A DNA stretch of 63,524 nucleotides, counting the filler, from Nanobdellota archaeon (GTDB lineage Archaea; Nanobdellota; Nanobdellia; Woesearchaeales; CAZZGN01), in NCBI GenBank assembly GCA_051819665.1. It is 7 parts of 5 records of this genome, joined end to end, with 100 filler letters (N's around TTAATTAATTAA, not from the genome) between each part and the next. Parts side by side here need not be neighbours in the genome. Positions count along the whole stretch, not along the records: positions 12,961 to 40,043 come from JBNJDG010000010.1; positions 40,144 to 60,562 come from JBNJDG010000014.1; 5 more parts are not named here. The stretch is one strand, 5' to 3'. The position numbers were made by a program, and so were the translations under genes. Positions 36,271-46,002 of this stretch are shown in pieces. How positions within the stretch are numbered: the first letter of the stretch is position 1; each line of letters opens with the position of its first letter. Under the pieces are notes generated by a model. It was not told the DNA's origin. It saw nothing but the letters and a program-made list of their open reading frames with translations, and searched no databases.

Positions 36271-37506
36271 TCAGATATTTCCCCTCTTCTTCTCGGCTTC
36301 TATGATCCTCTTCGAAGCCAGGATGTATGCAGCATTCCTCAAAGAACACTTGTTATCGAAGGAAGTTTTCTTCATATCATCATAAGCCCTGAGCATAACA
36401 TCTTCAAGCTCCTTCACTTCCTTGTCCTCATTCTCCCCGAGGCCCTGCTTGTTGTTCCTCCATTCGAAATAGCTCCCTACAACGCCGCCAGCATTGGCAA
36501 GCACGTCCGGTATAACCATCACGTCATTATCATAAAGCATATCATCAGCTTCGTTAGTAGTGGGGCCGTTAGCGAGCTCGATGACATAATCCGCCTTTAC
36601 ATTGGAAGCGTTATCAGTTGTTATTACACCTCCCAGAGCAGAGGGCACAAGCACATCCACATCCATCTCGAGGAGAGCTTCATTCGTAATCCCTTCAGTA
36701 TTCTCAAGGCCCTTGACTGTCCTGTTCTCTTTCTTGTGCTTTATAGCTTTCTCTACATCAATACCTTCCTTATTGTAAACGGCGCCTTTCGAATCACTCA
36801 GAGCGACTATCCTGTAACCCCAGTCAGAGAGGAGCTTCGCCATGTTGGAGCCTGCATTGCCCATACCCTGGATAGCAACACTTACATCTCCGGGATCTTT
36901 ACCTTCATCCTTCATTATCTTCCTGAGTATGAAAGCTCCCCCCATGGATGTGGAGTAACCCCTCATCGTAAGGCCTCCGTCTTTCTGATCCTTGCCCGTG
37001 AAAGCAGCAGGATCATTCTTACCAGTCACCTTATTATACTCATCGAGCATTATGCCCATTATCTTCGGGTTCGTATATACATCGGGAGCAGGGATGTCCT
37101 TATCCGAGCCAATAAGATCAGCTATGTGCCTCACGAAAGCCCTGGATATCTTCTCTATATCCTCCTCTGAATAATCTTTCGGGTTGAATTTTATGCCTCC
37201 TTTCCCGCCGCCCATAGGGATATCTACAGCTGCGGTCTTGATGGACATCCAGAATGAGAGTGATTTCACTTCATCCATATCCACCTCAGGATGGAATCTT
37301 ATACCTCCCTTATAAGGACCTCTCGCATTGTTGTGCTGGATCCTGTAGCCTTCGAAGATCTTTATGCTCCCGTCTGATAACCTGACCGGGAAGAAGACGT
37401 TTATTATACGATTGTGATTGAGCAGAAGCTCTACCTCTCCATCACTTATATCAACATCCTTTACAGCCTCTTTGAACAGCCTTGCGGCATTATTAAAATT
37501 CGACAT
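36271..37506 (-). CDS. gdhA: Glutamate dehydrogenase (Glu/Leu/Phe/Val family)
   Basis: RGPYKGGIRF, GGGKGG, DIPAPDV, QGMGNAG, ELANGPT and PDVLANAGGV. Confidence 0.93.
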   Translation of the reverse strand: MSNFNNAARLFKEAVKDVDISDGEVELLLNHNRIINVFFPVRLSDGSIKIFEGYRIQHNNARGPYKGGIRFHPEVDMDEVKSLSFWMSIKTAAVDIPMGGGKGGIKFNPKDYSEEDIEKISRAFVRHIADLIGSDKDIPAPDVYTNPKIMGIMLDEYNKVTGKNDPAAFTGKDQKDGGLTMRGYSTSMGGAFILRKIMKDEGKDPGDVSVAIQGMGNAGSNMAKLLSDWGYRIVALSDSKGAVYNKEGIDVEKAIKHKKENRTVKGLENTEGITNEALLEMDVDVLVPSALGGVITTDNASNVKADYVIELANGPTTNEADDMLYDNDVMVIPDVLANAGGVVGSYFEWRNNKQGLGENEDKEVKELEDVMLRAYDDMKKTSFDNKCSLRNAAYILASKRIIEAEKKRGNI

Positions 37507-37594
37507 TCTTATCCCTCCTGAGACAATCTGCATTCTTGTATGTTAACCTATTATTAAATACTTTCTGAAATGTGAAAAAAGAAATAGAAAAAAT

Positions 37595-37924
37595 TCATAT
37601 CTTATTCAGGATCTCATCGATCTTCTTCTTCAGAACATCCTTCGGAGAGAAACCTGTGATCCTGTCCACCTCTTCACCCTCATTGAAGATTATAAGACAG
37701 GGAATCCCCATTATCCCTACATCAGAAGCGATCTGCTGGTTCTCCTCGACATTCACCTTGGCGAACTTGAGTTTCCCCTCATAATCTGATGAGATCTCCT
37801 CGAAAACAGGTCCCATCTCCTTACAGGGGCCACACCATTCCGCCCAGAAATCAACTACCACGGGCAGATCACTCTGTTTGACCTCTTTATCGAAATTATC
37901 CTTACCTACTTTCACGACTGCCAT
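37595..37924 (-). CDS. trxA: Thioredoxin
   Basis: VDFWAEWCGPC; close paralog of 34834-35157. Confidence 0.95.
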   Translation of the reverse strand: MAVVKVGKDNFDKEVKQSDLPVVVDFWAEWCGPCKEMGPVFEEISSDYEGKLKFAKVNVEENQQIASDVGIMGIPCLIIFNEGEEVDRITGFSPKDVLKKKIDEILNKI

Positions 37925-37936
37925 ATTATTACCTCC

Positions 37937-38329
37937 TTAAAGCTCGCAACCAGTCTTCGAAGCTAGTCTCTCGAGCGGCTGGACGCCCCTCCTGCTTGTG
38001 CCATCAGAAAATTTCCAAGTCGGGTAAGCTTCTATGCCTTCTCTCAGACATTCCTGCCTGTTCTCATTACAGTTGATGAAATCGACATTCTCCATAGAAG
38101 ACCCGAACATCTCCTTCTGTGTCTGGCAGTGAGAACAAGTATTAGTGCCGTAAAAGGTCGCTCCGTTCTCAGTCAGGCATGCTGCAAATTCTCCCTTATC
38201 TCCGGATACTTCTCCTGAAGATGTCGGGCTTGTCCCTGTTGGTGCCTGATTACCGCTGAACAGGAACTGCGATGCAAACACTACTATTATTGCTCCGATT
38301 ACTATCCAAAATATTGTGTTTTTCTTGAT
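37937..38329 (-). CDS. Membrane-anchored thioredoxin-like protein (CSHC), probable ATC start
   Basis: FAACL...ATFYGTNTCSHCQTQKEMFG and IEAYPTW. The frame extends upstream through a TM helix to ATC-AAG-AAA behind a GGAGGGGGTG RBS. Confidence 0.75.
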   Translation of the reverse strand: MKKNTIFWIVIGAIIVVFASQFLFSGNQAPTGTSPTSSGEVSGDKGEFAACLTENGATFYGTNTCSHCQTQKEMFGSSMENVDFINCNENRQECLREGIEAYPTWKFSDGTSRRGVQPLERLASKTGCEL

Positions 38330-38438
38330 TTTAACACCCCCTCCAGGCGTATAACCATAAGTTCCTTTATATATTTTTTGAAAGATTACTCGGGGGATAA
38401 CACAAAATATAAATACCTGGCCGGCCTGACTTTAGGCT

Positions 38439-38624
38439 ATGGCACAGAAAAAATGCGATAATTGCGGCAATAAGGTTCCTGAAGGCGGACAGTGCAACAA
38501 ATGCGGATTCGTTGACGGTCTTAACAGGCAGCCTTCCGACGAAGAGTTCAGGGAAGCGAGAAAGATCAACGAGAAAGAAGGATATAAACAGTTCAGGAAC
38601 ATAGACATGCTTCTACTTGAATAA
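38439..38624 (+). CDS. Small zinc-ribbon protein
   Basis: CDNCG...CNKCG in 61 aa, with a TATA-like element upstream. Confidence 0.75.
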   Translation: MAQKKCDNCGNKVPEGGQCNKCGFVDGLNRQPSDEEFREARKINEKEGYKQFRNIDMLLLE

Positions 38625-40043
38625 TCTCTTATCCTCTTCCTCCTCCTTTTCCATATCCTTTATGAACTCCTTATCTGACTCTTTGCTGACCTTCTCCTCA
38701 TAACGCTTCTCATCGGATGTCTCTTTCTTGCCGGACATAACCATCCACCTGACAAGGAAGAATACAATAGAAGCAATGATGAGTGTGCTCAATATTATAT
38801 ACCGGTCTATGAAATGGAGGATGTCATTGAAGGTTATCAATAATTTTTCCTTCAGATCAGGATCATCCATCTTTATGACGAATTCCCTGCCAACTTCGTA
38901 TCTCCTTCCATTAAGGTCCTCATAGAGAACTTTCACCACGAACTCGTTCTTCCTCCCGAAATCGGAGTTATCAAGGAATACCTTATAGTTGTGCCTCGTT
39001 ATATTGTCCTCTTTCCAGACCTTATCCACATTGTTTGTAGAGACGATGACCTTGACATCCTTCACCGGAGAGAGGGAGTTCTTCTCAACCATGAAGCTTA
39101 TAGTCGAATTCCCCGAATAATCTATCTTCTCATCATAACTTAGGTCCTCTATAGTTATATTGGGCTTATCATAGACACTGACAGGCAGTTTCTCGAATAT
39201 CCTGACATTATCGTTCTCGAGAAGGAAAGACTTCTCATAATTACCCTCCTTATCGAAGGAAAGATTCACCGTGAGATTCTTCTGCTCAGATATACCAAGA
39301 TCGAAAACGGTACAGTCATCAACACAAAGCTCAAGGTCTTCCTGAAGAACATTACCTTTATTCTTCACCTTACAGTCTACAGTAACATCATCATAGAAAT
39401 AATAAAACTCTCTGGAATTACAGTCCATGGTCACATTGTGTGTGTATTCTGTCTTCTCCTCGCCTTCCATGAGACTGCTGAATTCATCTTCACCATAGAC
39501 AGGATAATCCTGCCTCGCCTCAAAGGTCAGTTTCTCCGACTGGTTCCTCAGAGAGTATACTTCTACCGAGAACTGGTAAGAATAACCTTCCTTAAGATCC
39601 TCATCCAATTCCAGGAGCCAGAACAATTCTGCTTCAGAATCAGGAGGGAGAAGCACTTCTCTCGAATTCCCGTCGGTCTCGAACTCCTCCGTCCTTGATA
39701 TAAGAAGATGGGCAGGCACATAATAATCATTGGGATTGCTTACCCTCGCATAGACAAGGTTATGGGAACCGAAGCCCACTTTCTCCTTGGCTATCCCCGC
39801 CTTGAACTCGAACTGATCCTCCACCTTACCCTCAGATTCAAGTACCTCAACATTAAAATCGATAGGTTCAGGATTGATATCCACGCCACGGGATTTCCAT
39901 TCATAATCCACAGATGACTCATCTGAATCAAGGGAGGTCTTTAGCTTTATATGAGACGCATCGGCATAACCGAATTCACCGAAGGTCACATCGAAGGGGA
40001 TCCAGCCTCTCCCGGGAAAGTAGACTTCCGCCCACCCATGAGG
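38613..40043 (-). CDS. Transglutaminase-like-domain surface protein (5' partial)
   Basis: Frame open to the contig end: PHGWAEVYFPGRGWIPFDVT (TGase His/Asp motif), followed by acidic Ig-like domains and a C-terminal TM. Confidence 0.8.
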   Translation of the reverse strand, partial: PHGWAEVYFPGRGWIPFDVTFGEFGYADASHIKLKTSLDSDESSVDYEWKSRGVDINPEPIDFNVEVLESEGKVEDQFEFKAGIAKEKVGFGSHNLVYARVSNPNDYYVPAHLLISRTEEFETDGNSREVLLPPDSEAELFWLLELDEDLKEGYSYQFSVEVYSLRNQSEKLTFEARQDYPVYGEDEFSSLMEGEEKTEYTHNVTMDCNSREFYYFYDDVTVDCKVKNKGNVLQEDLELCVDDCTVFDLGISEQKNLTVNLSFDKEGNYEKSFLLENDNVRIFEKLPVSVYDKPNITIEDLSYDEKIDYSGNSTISFMVEKNSLSPVKDVKVIVSTNNVDKVWKEDNITRHNYKVFLDNSDFGRKNEFVVKVLYEDLNGRRYEVGREFVIKMDDPDLKEKLLITFNDILHFIDRYIILSTLIIASIVFFLVRWMVMSGKKETSDEKRYEEKVSKESDKEFIKDMEKEEEEDKRLFK

Positions 40044-40143
40044 NNNNNNNNNNNNNNNNNNNNNNNNNNNNNNNNNNNNNNNNNNNNTTAATTAATTAAN
40101 NNNNNNNNNNNNNNNNNNNNNNNNNNNNNNNNNNNNNNNNNNN
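40044..40143. other. Artificial contig linker
   Basis: N-TTAATTAATTAA-N. Confidence 0.98.
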
Positions 40144-40227
40144 TGCGGGGAGTAGGATTTGAACCCACGTAGGCACTAAGCCAACGGGTCCTAAGCCCGT
40201 CCCGTTTGACCGCTCCGGCATCCCCGC
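40144..40227 (-). tRNA. tRNA-Leu(TAG)
   Basis: GCGGGGA/TCCCCGC-A acceptor stem, ACGGG-CTTAGGA-CCCGT anticodon arm, variable arm and GGTTCAAATCC. Confidence 0.95.
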
Positions 40228-40277
40228 AAAGCTGACTTGCAGAAAAAGCAAGTCATTTAAAAATTTAACTAAAAAGA

Positions 40278-40442
40278 TTATTTCTTCTGCCAGCTGAAGG
40301 ATCTCTTCTTCGCTGACTTGCCGAAACCGCAGCTGCTGCAGAAACCTTTCCTAATGTGGAAAGTGTGCTGACCGCACCTCCTGCAGTAGATATGCGTCTT
40401 CTTTCCGGAATGTCTTCCAAATGCTGCTGTTCCTTTACCCAT
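40278..40442 (-). CDS. rpl37e: Ribosomal protein eL37 (54 aa, not in the ORF track)
   Basis: MGKGTAAFGRHSGKKTHIYCRRCGQHTFHIRKGFCSSCGFGKS...WQKK*; follows the Sm gene as in other archaea. Confidence 0.95.
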   Translation of the reverse strand: MGKGTAAFGRHSGKKTHIYCRRCGQHTFHIRKGFCSSCGFGKSAKKRSFSWQKK

Positions 40443-40447
40443 TCAAA

Positions 40448-40675
40448 TCACTCCGGCGAGATTATAGTAATCGTATCTCCTCTTATGAAGATAGTGTTCA
40501 GCTTTCTCTTGATCTCACCTTCCAATCTCTCTTCCACTTCTTCAAGCACAAGATTGATGTGGGTATCAAAAGCCTTAAGCTTACCTATATACTGTTTTCC
40601 ACTTTTTGATTCGACTATGACTCTCTTATCCTTTGCCTTGTTCAAAGCATCAAAAGGTCGCGACATATTTTCCAT
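40448..40675 (-). CDS. Sm/Lsm-like protein (SmAP)
   Basis: RPFDAL, GKLKAFDTHINLVL and IFIRGDTITIISP. Confidence 0.95.
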   Translation of the reverse strand: MENMSRPFDALNKAKDKRVIVESKSGKQYIGKLKAFDTHINLVLEEVEERLEGEIKRKLNTIFIRGDTITIISPE

Positions 40676-40785
40676 TATAAGCACCCCATTAATATTTGAT
40701 AGGAGTGGAAGTTAAATTCCATTTATAAAGTTTTCTTAAGAAGAAACAGAAAACTATTTAAAAGAGCCAGAAATCCTAGAGCGGG

Positions 40786-41163
40786 ATGGCAATATCACAA
40801 CAAAGATCAAAAAGAAAACCTACTAGTGGAAGGTATAACAGCGGTTGCAAGAAGAAGCTCCACGAACTAGGCGGTATCCCTACACTCACCAAGCTCGGAG
40901 AGAGCAGAGGCAAGAACGTCAAGGGAAGAGGCAGCACACATAAGGGTAAGCTCCTCACAGCGGATACTGCTAATGTTCTTGACCCTAAAAGCAAGAAATA
41001 CTCCAAGGTAAAGATCACCTCCATAGAAGAGACACCTGCCAACAGGAACTATGCGAGGAGGAACCTAATGCCGAAAGGGACTGTCGTGGAGACAGAAAAA
41101 GGGAAAGCCAAGATAACTTCCAGACCAGGACAGGACGGACAGATAAACGCTGTCCTCATTTAA
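40786..41163 (+). CDS. rps8e: Ribosomal protein eS8
   Basis: RSKRKPTSGR, NRNYARRN..KG and AKITSRPGQDGQINAVL. Confidence 0.96.
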   Translation: MAISQQRSKRKPTSGRYNSGCKKKLHELGGIPTLTKLGESRGKNVKGRGSTHKGKLLTADTANVLDPKSKKYSKVKITSIEETPANRNYARRNLMPKGTVVETEKGKAKITSRPGQDGQINAVLI

Positions 41164-41224
41164 TTTCTTATTCTTATACCACTTTTGAGTAAATTTAAAT
41201 AGTTTTTATTCTTACCATCTGATT

Positions 41225-42325
41225 ATGTCAGAGGAAGCCCTTAGATTAATGAAGGAGAAGATTTCCGAACAGCTCAGCAGCAGCGGCCTTTTCGAATACA
41301 TTGAGCCAGGCCATGAGTTCAGGACAGAGAGAGCAGGCTCCCCTTTAAGACAGGACACAAAAAGGCACATTCTTGCCAGAGGGAAAGACGGAAAAGACTA
41401 CCTCATCCTCACACATCACGATGTCATGCCAGGAAAGCTTCTGGCTGCCAAGCTCGAGGAAGCATCATCAAAGAACATCTTTCTCAGTAATGTAATGTTC
41501 AGGTATGCAAATTCCCGCGAAAAAGATAAGGGCCCTTTATTCAAAAGGTTCTACCTCGAACATAAGAAGGACGGGAAATACAGGAAGATCCAGCCGGCAC
41601 TGAAAAGGTCTTTGAAAAATTACAGTTTCGAGGACAAGAACAACCTGAGGATCCTAACCGATCTTGAGAGGGACTGGGTGAATGCGATGTCAAAAGGCTT
41701 CCCCGCCTATTTCCAGCCCGAATCAGCAAGACTTCCCGAAGAGCTTAAGATCTATAGGTTCAGTGATGTAAAAGACATACACGGCACAACTAAAGAATCC
41801 ATAAAGTATCCGACAGAGATGGACTCACTTGATAACTATATTATCCATCCTATGAACCAGAACCATAATAAAGGAGTTATAAAATGGAACCTTTCTTCTA
41901 CCACCGGTTATAAGTTCCGGAAAGGCCTTGACATAAAACTTGCCGATTTCATGCAGATACCCGGAGACAGCACGTATTCGAGAGAACTCGGGGAGATCTA
42001 TTACGGATTGAAACACGGAGCAGACAGGAAGACATTAAACTCAATGGCCAAAAAGATAGGAAGAGGGAACGAATATCTTGAAAGGATCATAAGATGGCAT
42101 GATCCGAAGACCGTAACGGAACAACAGAAGCAGGGAATGAAAGACTTCCATGAGATAAGACTGAAATCCAAAAACTCTGAGGAAGCCTTCCATAAGTTGA
42201 AGGAACTCCACAATCCATACGGCGATGATAAGATCACCTGCACATGCGAATCATACAAATACGGTAAGGATACATGCAAACATACCATAATCGCCAATGA
42301 GATGGTCAGGAGAGAGAACTCATGA
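41225..42325 (+). CDS. Hypothetical protein with a C-terminal SWIM-type zinc finger
   Basis: ITCTCESYKYGKDTCKH (CxC...CxH). Confidence 0.65.
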   Translation: MSEEALRLMKEKISEQLSSSGLFEYIEPGHEFRTERAGSPLRQDTKRHILARGKDGKDYLILTHHDVMPGKLLAAKLEEASSKNIFLSNVMFRYANSREKDKGPLFKRFYLEHKKDGKYRKIQPALKRSLKNYSFEDKNNLRILTDLERDWVNAMSKGFPAYFQPESARLPEELKIYRFSDVKDIHGTTKESIKYPTEMDSLDNYIIHPMNQNHNKGVIKWNLSSTTGYKFRKGLDIKLADFMQIPGDSTYSRELGEIYYGLKHGADRKTLNSMAKKIGRGNEYLERIIRWHDPKTVTEQQKQGMKDFHEIRLKSKNSEEAFHKLKELHNPYGDDKITCTCESYKYGKDTCKHTIIANEMVRRENS

Positions 42326-42406
42326 AGGCTCCTGTAAACTCTTTCTCCGATATTATCCAAATGAGGAAAATTTTATAATATAGAATTGTAAATTAACATA
42401 TCCCCG

Positions 42407-42994
42407 ATGATAGACCTCTACAATGAACTGATGGAAAAGCACGGACCGCAGGGATGGTGGCCTCTGAAAGGCATAGGCTACCACAAGGAGGACTATTCTT
42501 ATCCGAAGGACAAGCAACAGAGATTCGAGATCATATGCGGAGCTATATTAACGCAGAACACCAGCTGGCGACAAGTAGAGAAAGCACTCGATAACCTTTC
42601 CTCGAAAGGAAGGATAACTCCAGACCTTATTAAGGAAAACAAGATTGAAGAACTGATCAGGCCTGCAGGCTACTACAACCAGAAAGCGGACAGGCTGAGA
42701 AGAATGGCTGACTATTTTCTGGAACAGAAGCACAAACCTACAAGACAAGAACTTCTTAAGATAAAGGGCATAGGCCCCGAGACAGCAGACTCTATACTCC
42801 TCTATGCCTATAAGGTGCCAAGCTTCGTGATAGACAAGTATACAGAGAGAGTACTGTTGAAGAGAGGGATAATAAAAGAGAAGAAAAGCTATAACGAGCT
42901 CAAGGAGCTCTTCGAGAAGAACCTGCCGAAAGATTTTAAGATTTATCAGGATTTTCACGCCCTTCTCGTTGAAGAAGCTAAGAACCTGAAATGA
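42407..42994 (+). CDS. HhH-GPD endonuclease III-related protein
   Basis: GPQGWWP, GAILTQNTSW, IKGIGPETADSILLYA, VIDKYT and FHALLV. Confidence 0.92.
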   Translation: MIDLYNELMEKHGPQGWWPLKGIGYHKEDYSYPKDKQQRFEIICGAILTQNTSWRQVEKALDNLSSKGRITPDLIKENKIEELIRPAGYYNQKADRLRRMADYFLEQKHKPTRQELLKIKGIGPETADSILLYAYKVPSFVIDKYTERVLLKRGIIKEKKSYNELKELFEKNLPKDFKIYQDFHALLVEEAKNLK

Positions 42995-43097
42995 TTCACC
43001 ACTTTAAAATAACCCTAAAGAAGTGTTAACAACAGCCACAAGAGAAAAAAAGGCAAATACAATAAATTTTATAAATATAAACGAAACTTTAATCCTT

Positions 43098-43541
43098 ATG
43101 GGAATAATGGATAAACTTGCATTCTGGAAAAAAGGGGAAGAGGGATCAGGACCCCAGGAAAAGCCCAATTTCGATATCTCCAAGGAGATGCCCGGTTCTG
43201 ACCCTTTGAGTGAGAATGACCCTCTCCAGGGCACACCACAAGATCTTACAGGTTCGGACGGGACAAGGAGCAGACCAGGACAGCAGGGACAGGAAGAGCA
43301 ACAGGATGAACAAAGACCTAACTTCAACCCGAATAAACCCTTTAATGTCGAGTCGGTGAAGAACCCGTCACAACCCGTCCAGAACACCCAGAATATGGAG
43401 ATGCTGAGCAAGAATGTTGAAGTGATATCAAGCAAGATAGACACGATAAAATCTCAGCTCGAGAACATGAACCAGCGTCTCAACAACATCGAGAACAATG
43501 AGAAAGAGGACAAGAAGAACAGGAGATACCCCATATGGTAA
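43098..43541 (+). CDS. Hypothetical protein (disordered N-terminus, C-terminal coiled coil)
   Basis: MGIMDKLAFWKK...NVEVISSKIDTIKSQLENMNQRLNNIE. Confidence 0.7.
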   Translation: MGIMDKLAFWKKGEEGSGPQEKPNFDISKEMPGSDPLSENDPLQGTPQDLTGSDGTRSRPGQQGQEEQQDEQRPNFNPNKPFNVESVKNPSQPVQNTQNMEMLSKNVEVISSKIDTIKSQLENMNQRLNNIENNEKEDKKNRRYPIW

Positions 43542-43963
43542 ACAGAAGGCTGCTGTTCATCAGCCTGATAACAACCGCGATAATCATCATCGATCAGGTA
43601 GCGAAATTCTTCCTTTTCGGGAAAGAGCTTAAGATATTGCCCTTCCTGAGGATTTTCCCGGTGGAGAATACAGGCACAGCTTTCGGGCTTTTCCCGGGAA
43701 GCAGTCTCCTCCTAGGCATCATAGCCCTGATCTTCGTCACCCTAATTTTTATCTACATAAAGAGGTTCCCGGACAACAGGATAACCAATATCTCCCTCGG
43801 CCTTATAGCTGGAGGAGCATTAGGGAACATGCTTGACAGGCTCCTCATGGGATTTGTAAGGGACTTCATCTCCCTCGGCTTCATCCCCAGCTTCAATGTT
43901 GCTGATACCGCTATCACAATCGGAGCTGTTCTTCTTATCTTTTCTTCGATGAAGACTTCTTAG
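43535..43963 (+). CDS. lspA: Lipoprotein signal peptidase II
   Basis: IDQVAK, NTGTAFGL, GGALGNMLDR, VRDFI and FNVAD; both catalytic Asp motifs are present. Confidence 0.93.
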   Translation: MVNRRLLFISLITTAIIIIDQVAKFFLFGKELKILPFLRIFPVENTGTAFGLFPGSSLLLGIIALIFVTLIFIYIKRFPDNRITNISLGLIAGGALGNMLDRLLMGFVRDFISLGFIPSFNVADTAITIGAVLLIFSSMKTS

Positions 43964-44504
43964 ATGTCTTCCTCTTAGCCGAAGACTTAGCTCTCTTCTT
44001 TGAGCTTTTTCTGGGCCTGCCGGCAGATTTACTTTTAGAAGTTTTCTTCTTCGGAGCCTTCTTTCTGGAAGCCTTCTTAGCAGAAGTGCTCTTCTTAGCC
44101 TTCCCGGAAGAAGATGTCTTTCCTTCCTCAGCCCTTGCCTTTCTTACTTTGAACTTCTTTCCTGATTTTTTCGCAGAAGCAAGCCTGTTCACGGATATCA
44201 CCAGACCAACCGCCACTGCAAGAGTATAAAGCACCAACAGGATCGAGTTACTGAAAAGATATATATACACTGCATTGATCAGGTTCAAAGTGAAGAAGAA
44301 CAGAGTGAACGACCACGCCAGCTTCATCCCCATAGTTATAAGATACAAGGAGATCACTGCCATAATGATGAAAGCAAGCGTTATCAAGACTTCCCTCAGG
44401 AAAGCCACCTCTGAAAAACCCGACAGCATCCCCATCAAAGACAGGAACGCGATTATCATAACGAATAGGACTGAAAAATAGCTTTTTTGGTTCATATATC
44501 CCAC
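43935..44504 (-). CDS. Four-TM membrane protein with a Lys/Ser/Ala-rich (histone-H1-like) tail
   Basis: Hydrophobic N-terminal half followed by a KKSTSAKKASRKKAPKKK-type tail. Confidence 0.7.
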   Translation of the reverse strand: MGYMNQKSYFSVLFVMIIAFLSLMGMLSGFSEVAFLREVLITLAFIIMAVISLYLITMGMKLAWSFTLFFFTLNLINAVYIYLFSNSILLVLYTLAVAVGLVISVNRLASAKKSGKKFKVRKARAEEGKTSSSGKAKKSTSAKKASRKKAPKKKTSKSKSAGRPRKSSKKRAKSSAKRKTSKKSSSKKR

Positions 44505-44560
44505 CTCAATATAATTTATACATCAAGAGATATTTAAGGATTTCTATTTCAAAGTGGTAA

Positions 44561-44902
44561 TCAGAACTCGTCCTTGTCCTCAAGATCCTTAAGGTAACCT
44601 TTATTCCGGAGCATCTTCACCTGGTTCTTCCTATACTTATACAGGATATCCCCTTTCTCATCTCCGTTGAGCTCCCAAGGTTCAACAAGGACTATATCTC
44701 CTTCCCTTACCCAAAGATATCTCTTAAGCCTGCCGGGTATCCTACATATCCTTGTATTACCATCGATACACTTGATCCTTGTACGACTGGCACCTAACCT
44801 CTGTTCCAGAAGACCAAGAGTCTGACCCCCTCTCGGAAGCTTTACCCTGACAGTAGGTTCTTCAGAATTCCCTTTCTTATTCTTTCCCTTTTTATTAACC
44901 AT
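44561..44902 (-). CDS. eif1a: Translation initiation factor aIF-1A
   Basis: RLGASR..CIDG..RICRIPGRLKR.LWVREGDIVLVEPW. Confidence 0.95.
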   Translation of the reverse strand: MVNKKGKNKKGNSEEPTVRVKLPRGGQTLGLLEQRLGASRTRIKCIDGNTRICRIPGRLKRYLWVREGDIVLVEPWELNGDEKGDILYKYRKNQVKMLRNKGYLKDLEDKDEF

Positions 44903-44989
44903 CAACAGGAGCGGGAATATGTCACTCTTATAAAACTTTCGTTTAGAAGGTCAAAGGGACCTGACCATGATCCTCTCCAATCGATAAGA

Positions 44990-45062
44990 TGGGCCCACCC
45001 GGACTCGAACCGGGGACCGATGCCATGTGAGGGCATCGTCATAGCCTCTAGACCATGGGCCC
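44990..45062 (-). tRNA. tRNA-Val(CAC)
   Basis: GGGCCCA/TGGGCCC-A acceptor stem, ATGCC-CTCACAT-GGCAT anticodon arm and GGTTCGAGTCC. Confidence 0.93.
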
Positions 45063-45155
45063 TTAGCGGCTGAGAGAACAAAGGGATTAAATAATTTTGC
45101 GGAAAGCAAGATATATAAAAAACAGAATCCTACCATATGAAGGAGGTGGTTGGAG

Positions 45156-45938
45156 ATGGAAATCCCAAGAATAGGTTTTGGCACATGGCAACTCGAACAG
45201 CCGGAGAGGTCAATTAAAGAGGGCCTTGATATAGGCTATAAACATATAGATACTGCAGAGATGTACGGTAATGAAGAGAGAGTTGGCAAAGCTATAAAAG
45301 AAAAGGTGAAGAGAGAAGAGATATTTCTTACATCAAAGCTATGGTTCGAGAATTTCCAGAGACCTAAAGAAGCGCTTGAAGGAACGCTTGAAAGGCTCAA
45401 TACCGATTATCTTGACTTATACCTCCTTCATTGGCCGAAGGAAGGGACAGATCTAAAGAGCCTATTGAAATCTCTGAAAGAAGCTTATGATGAAGGGAAG
45501 ATAAAGAATTTCGGTGTCAGCAATTTCACCATAGGACATCTCAAAGAGATAATACCAATTGCCGAGATGGTCGGACTGCCAATCTATATTAACCAGGTCG
45601 AGTTCCACCCTTTCCTAAATCAGAAGAAACTCCACGAGTTCTGCACCGAACAGGACATAAAGATTACAGCTTATTCTCCTTTGGCCAGAGGAAAAGTGCC
45701 GGAAAGCGAAGCCCTCGCAGAGATAGGCAGGAACTACAATAAGACCGGCTCTCAGGTAGCTTTAAGATGGCTCATACAGAAAGGCATAATAGCCATCCCG
45801 AAAGCTGACAAGAGAGAGCATGCGGAAAAGAATTTCAATATTTTCGATTTCGAGCTGAGCGAAGAAGATATGAGACTCATAGACGATATGGACCTCCAGA
45901 AAAGGCTCATTAACCCGCCTTTCGCAGAATTCGAGTGA
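45156..45938 (+). CDS. Aldo/keto reductase
   Basis: GFGTW, HIDTAEMYGNE, YLDLYLLHWP, GVSNF, NQVEFHP and AYSPLARG. Confidence 0.95.
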   Translation: MEIPRIGFGTWQLEQPERSIKEGLDIGYKHIDTAEMYGNEERVGKAIKEKVKREEIFLTSKLWFENFQRPKEALEGTLERLNTDYLDLYLLHWPKEGTDLKSLLKSLKEAYDEGKIKNFGVSNFTIGHLKEIIPIAEMVGLPIYINQVEFHPFLNQKKLHEFCTEQDIKITAYSPLARGKVPESEALAEIGRNYNKTGSQVALRWLIQKGIIAIPKADKREHAEKNFNIFDFELSEEDMRLIDDMDLQKRLINPPFAEFE

Positions 45939-46002
45939 GCATTTATCATTGTACAAAGAAAAAGAAAATAATTAAATGACTAATATAAGAAAAGACAATA
46001 CA

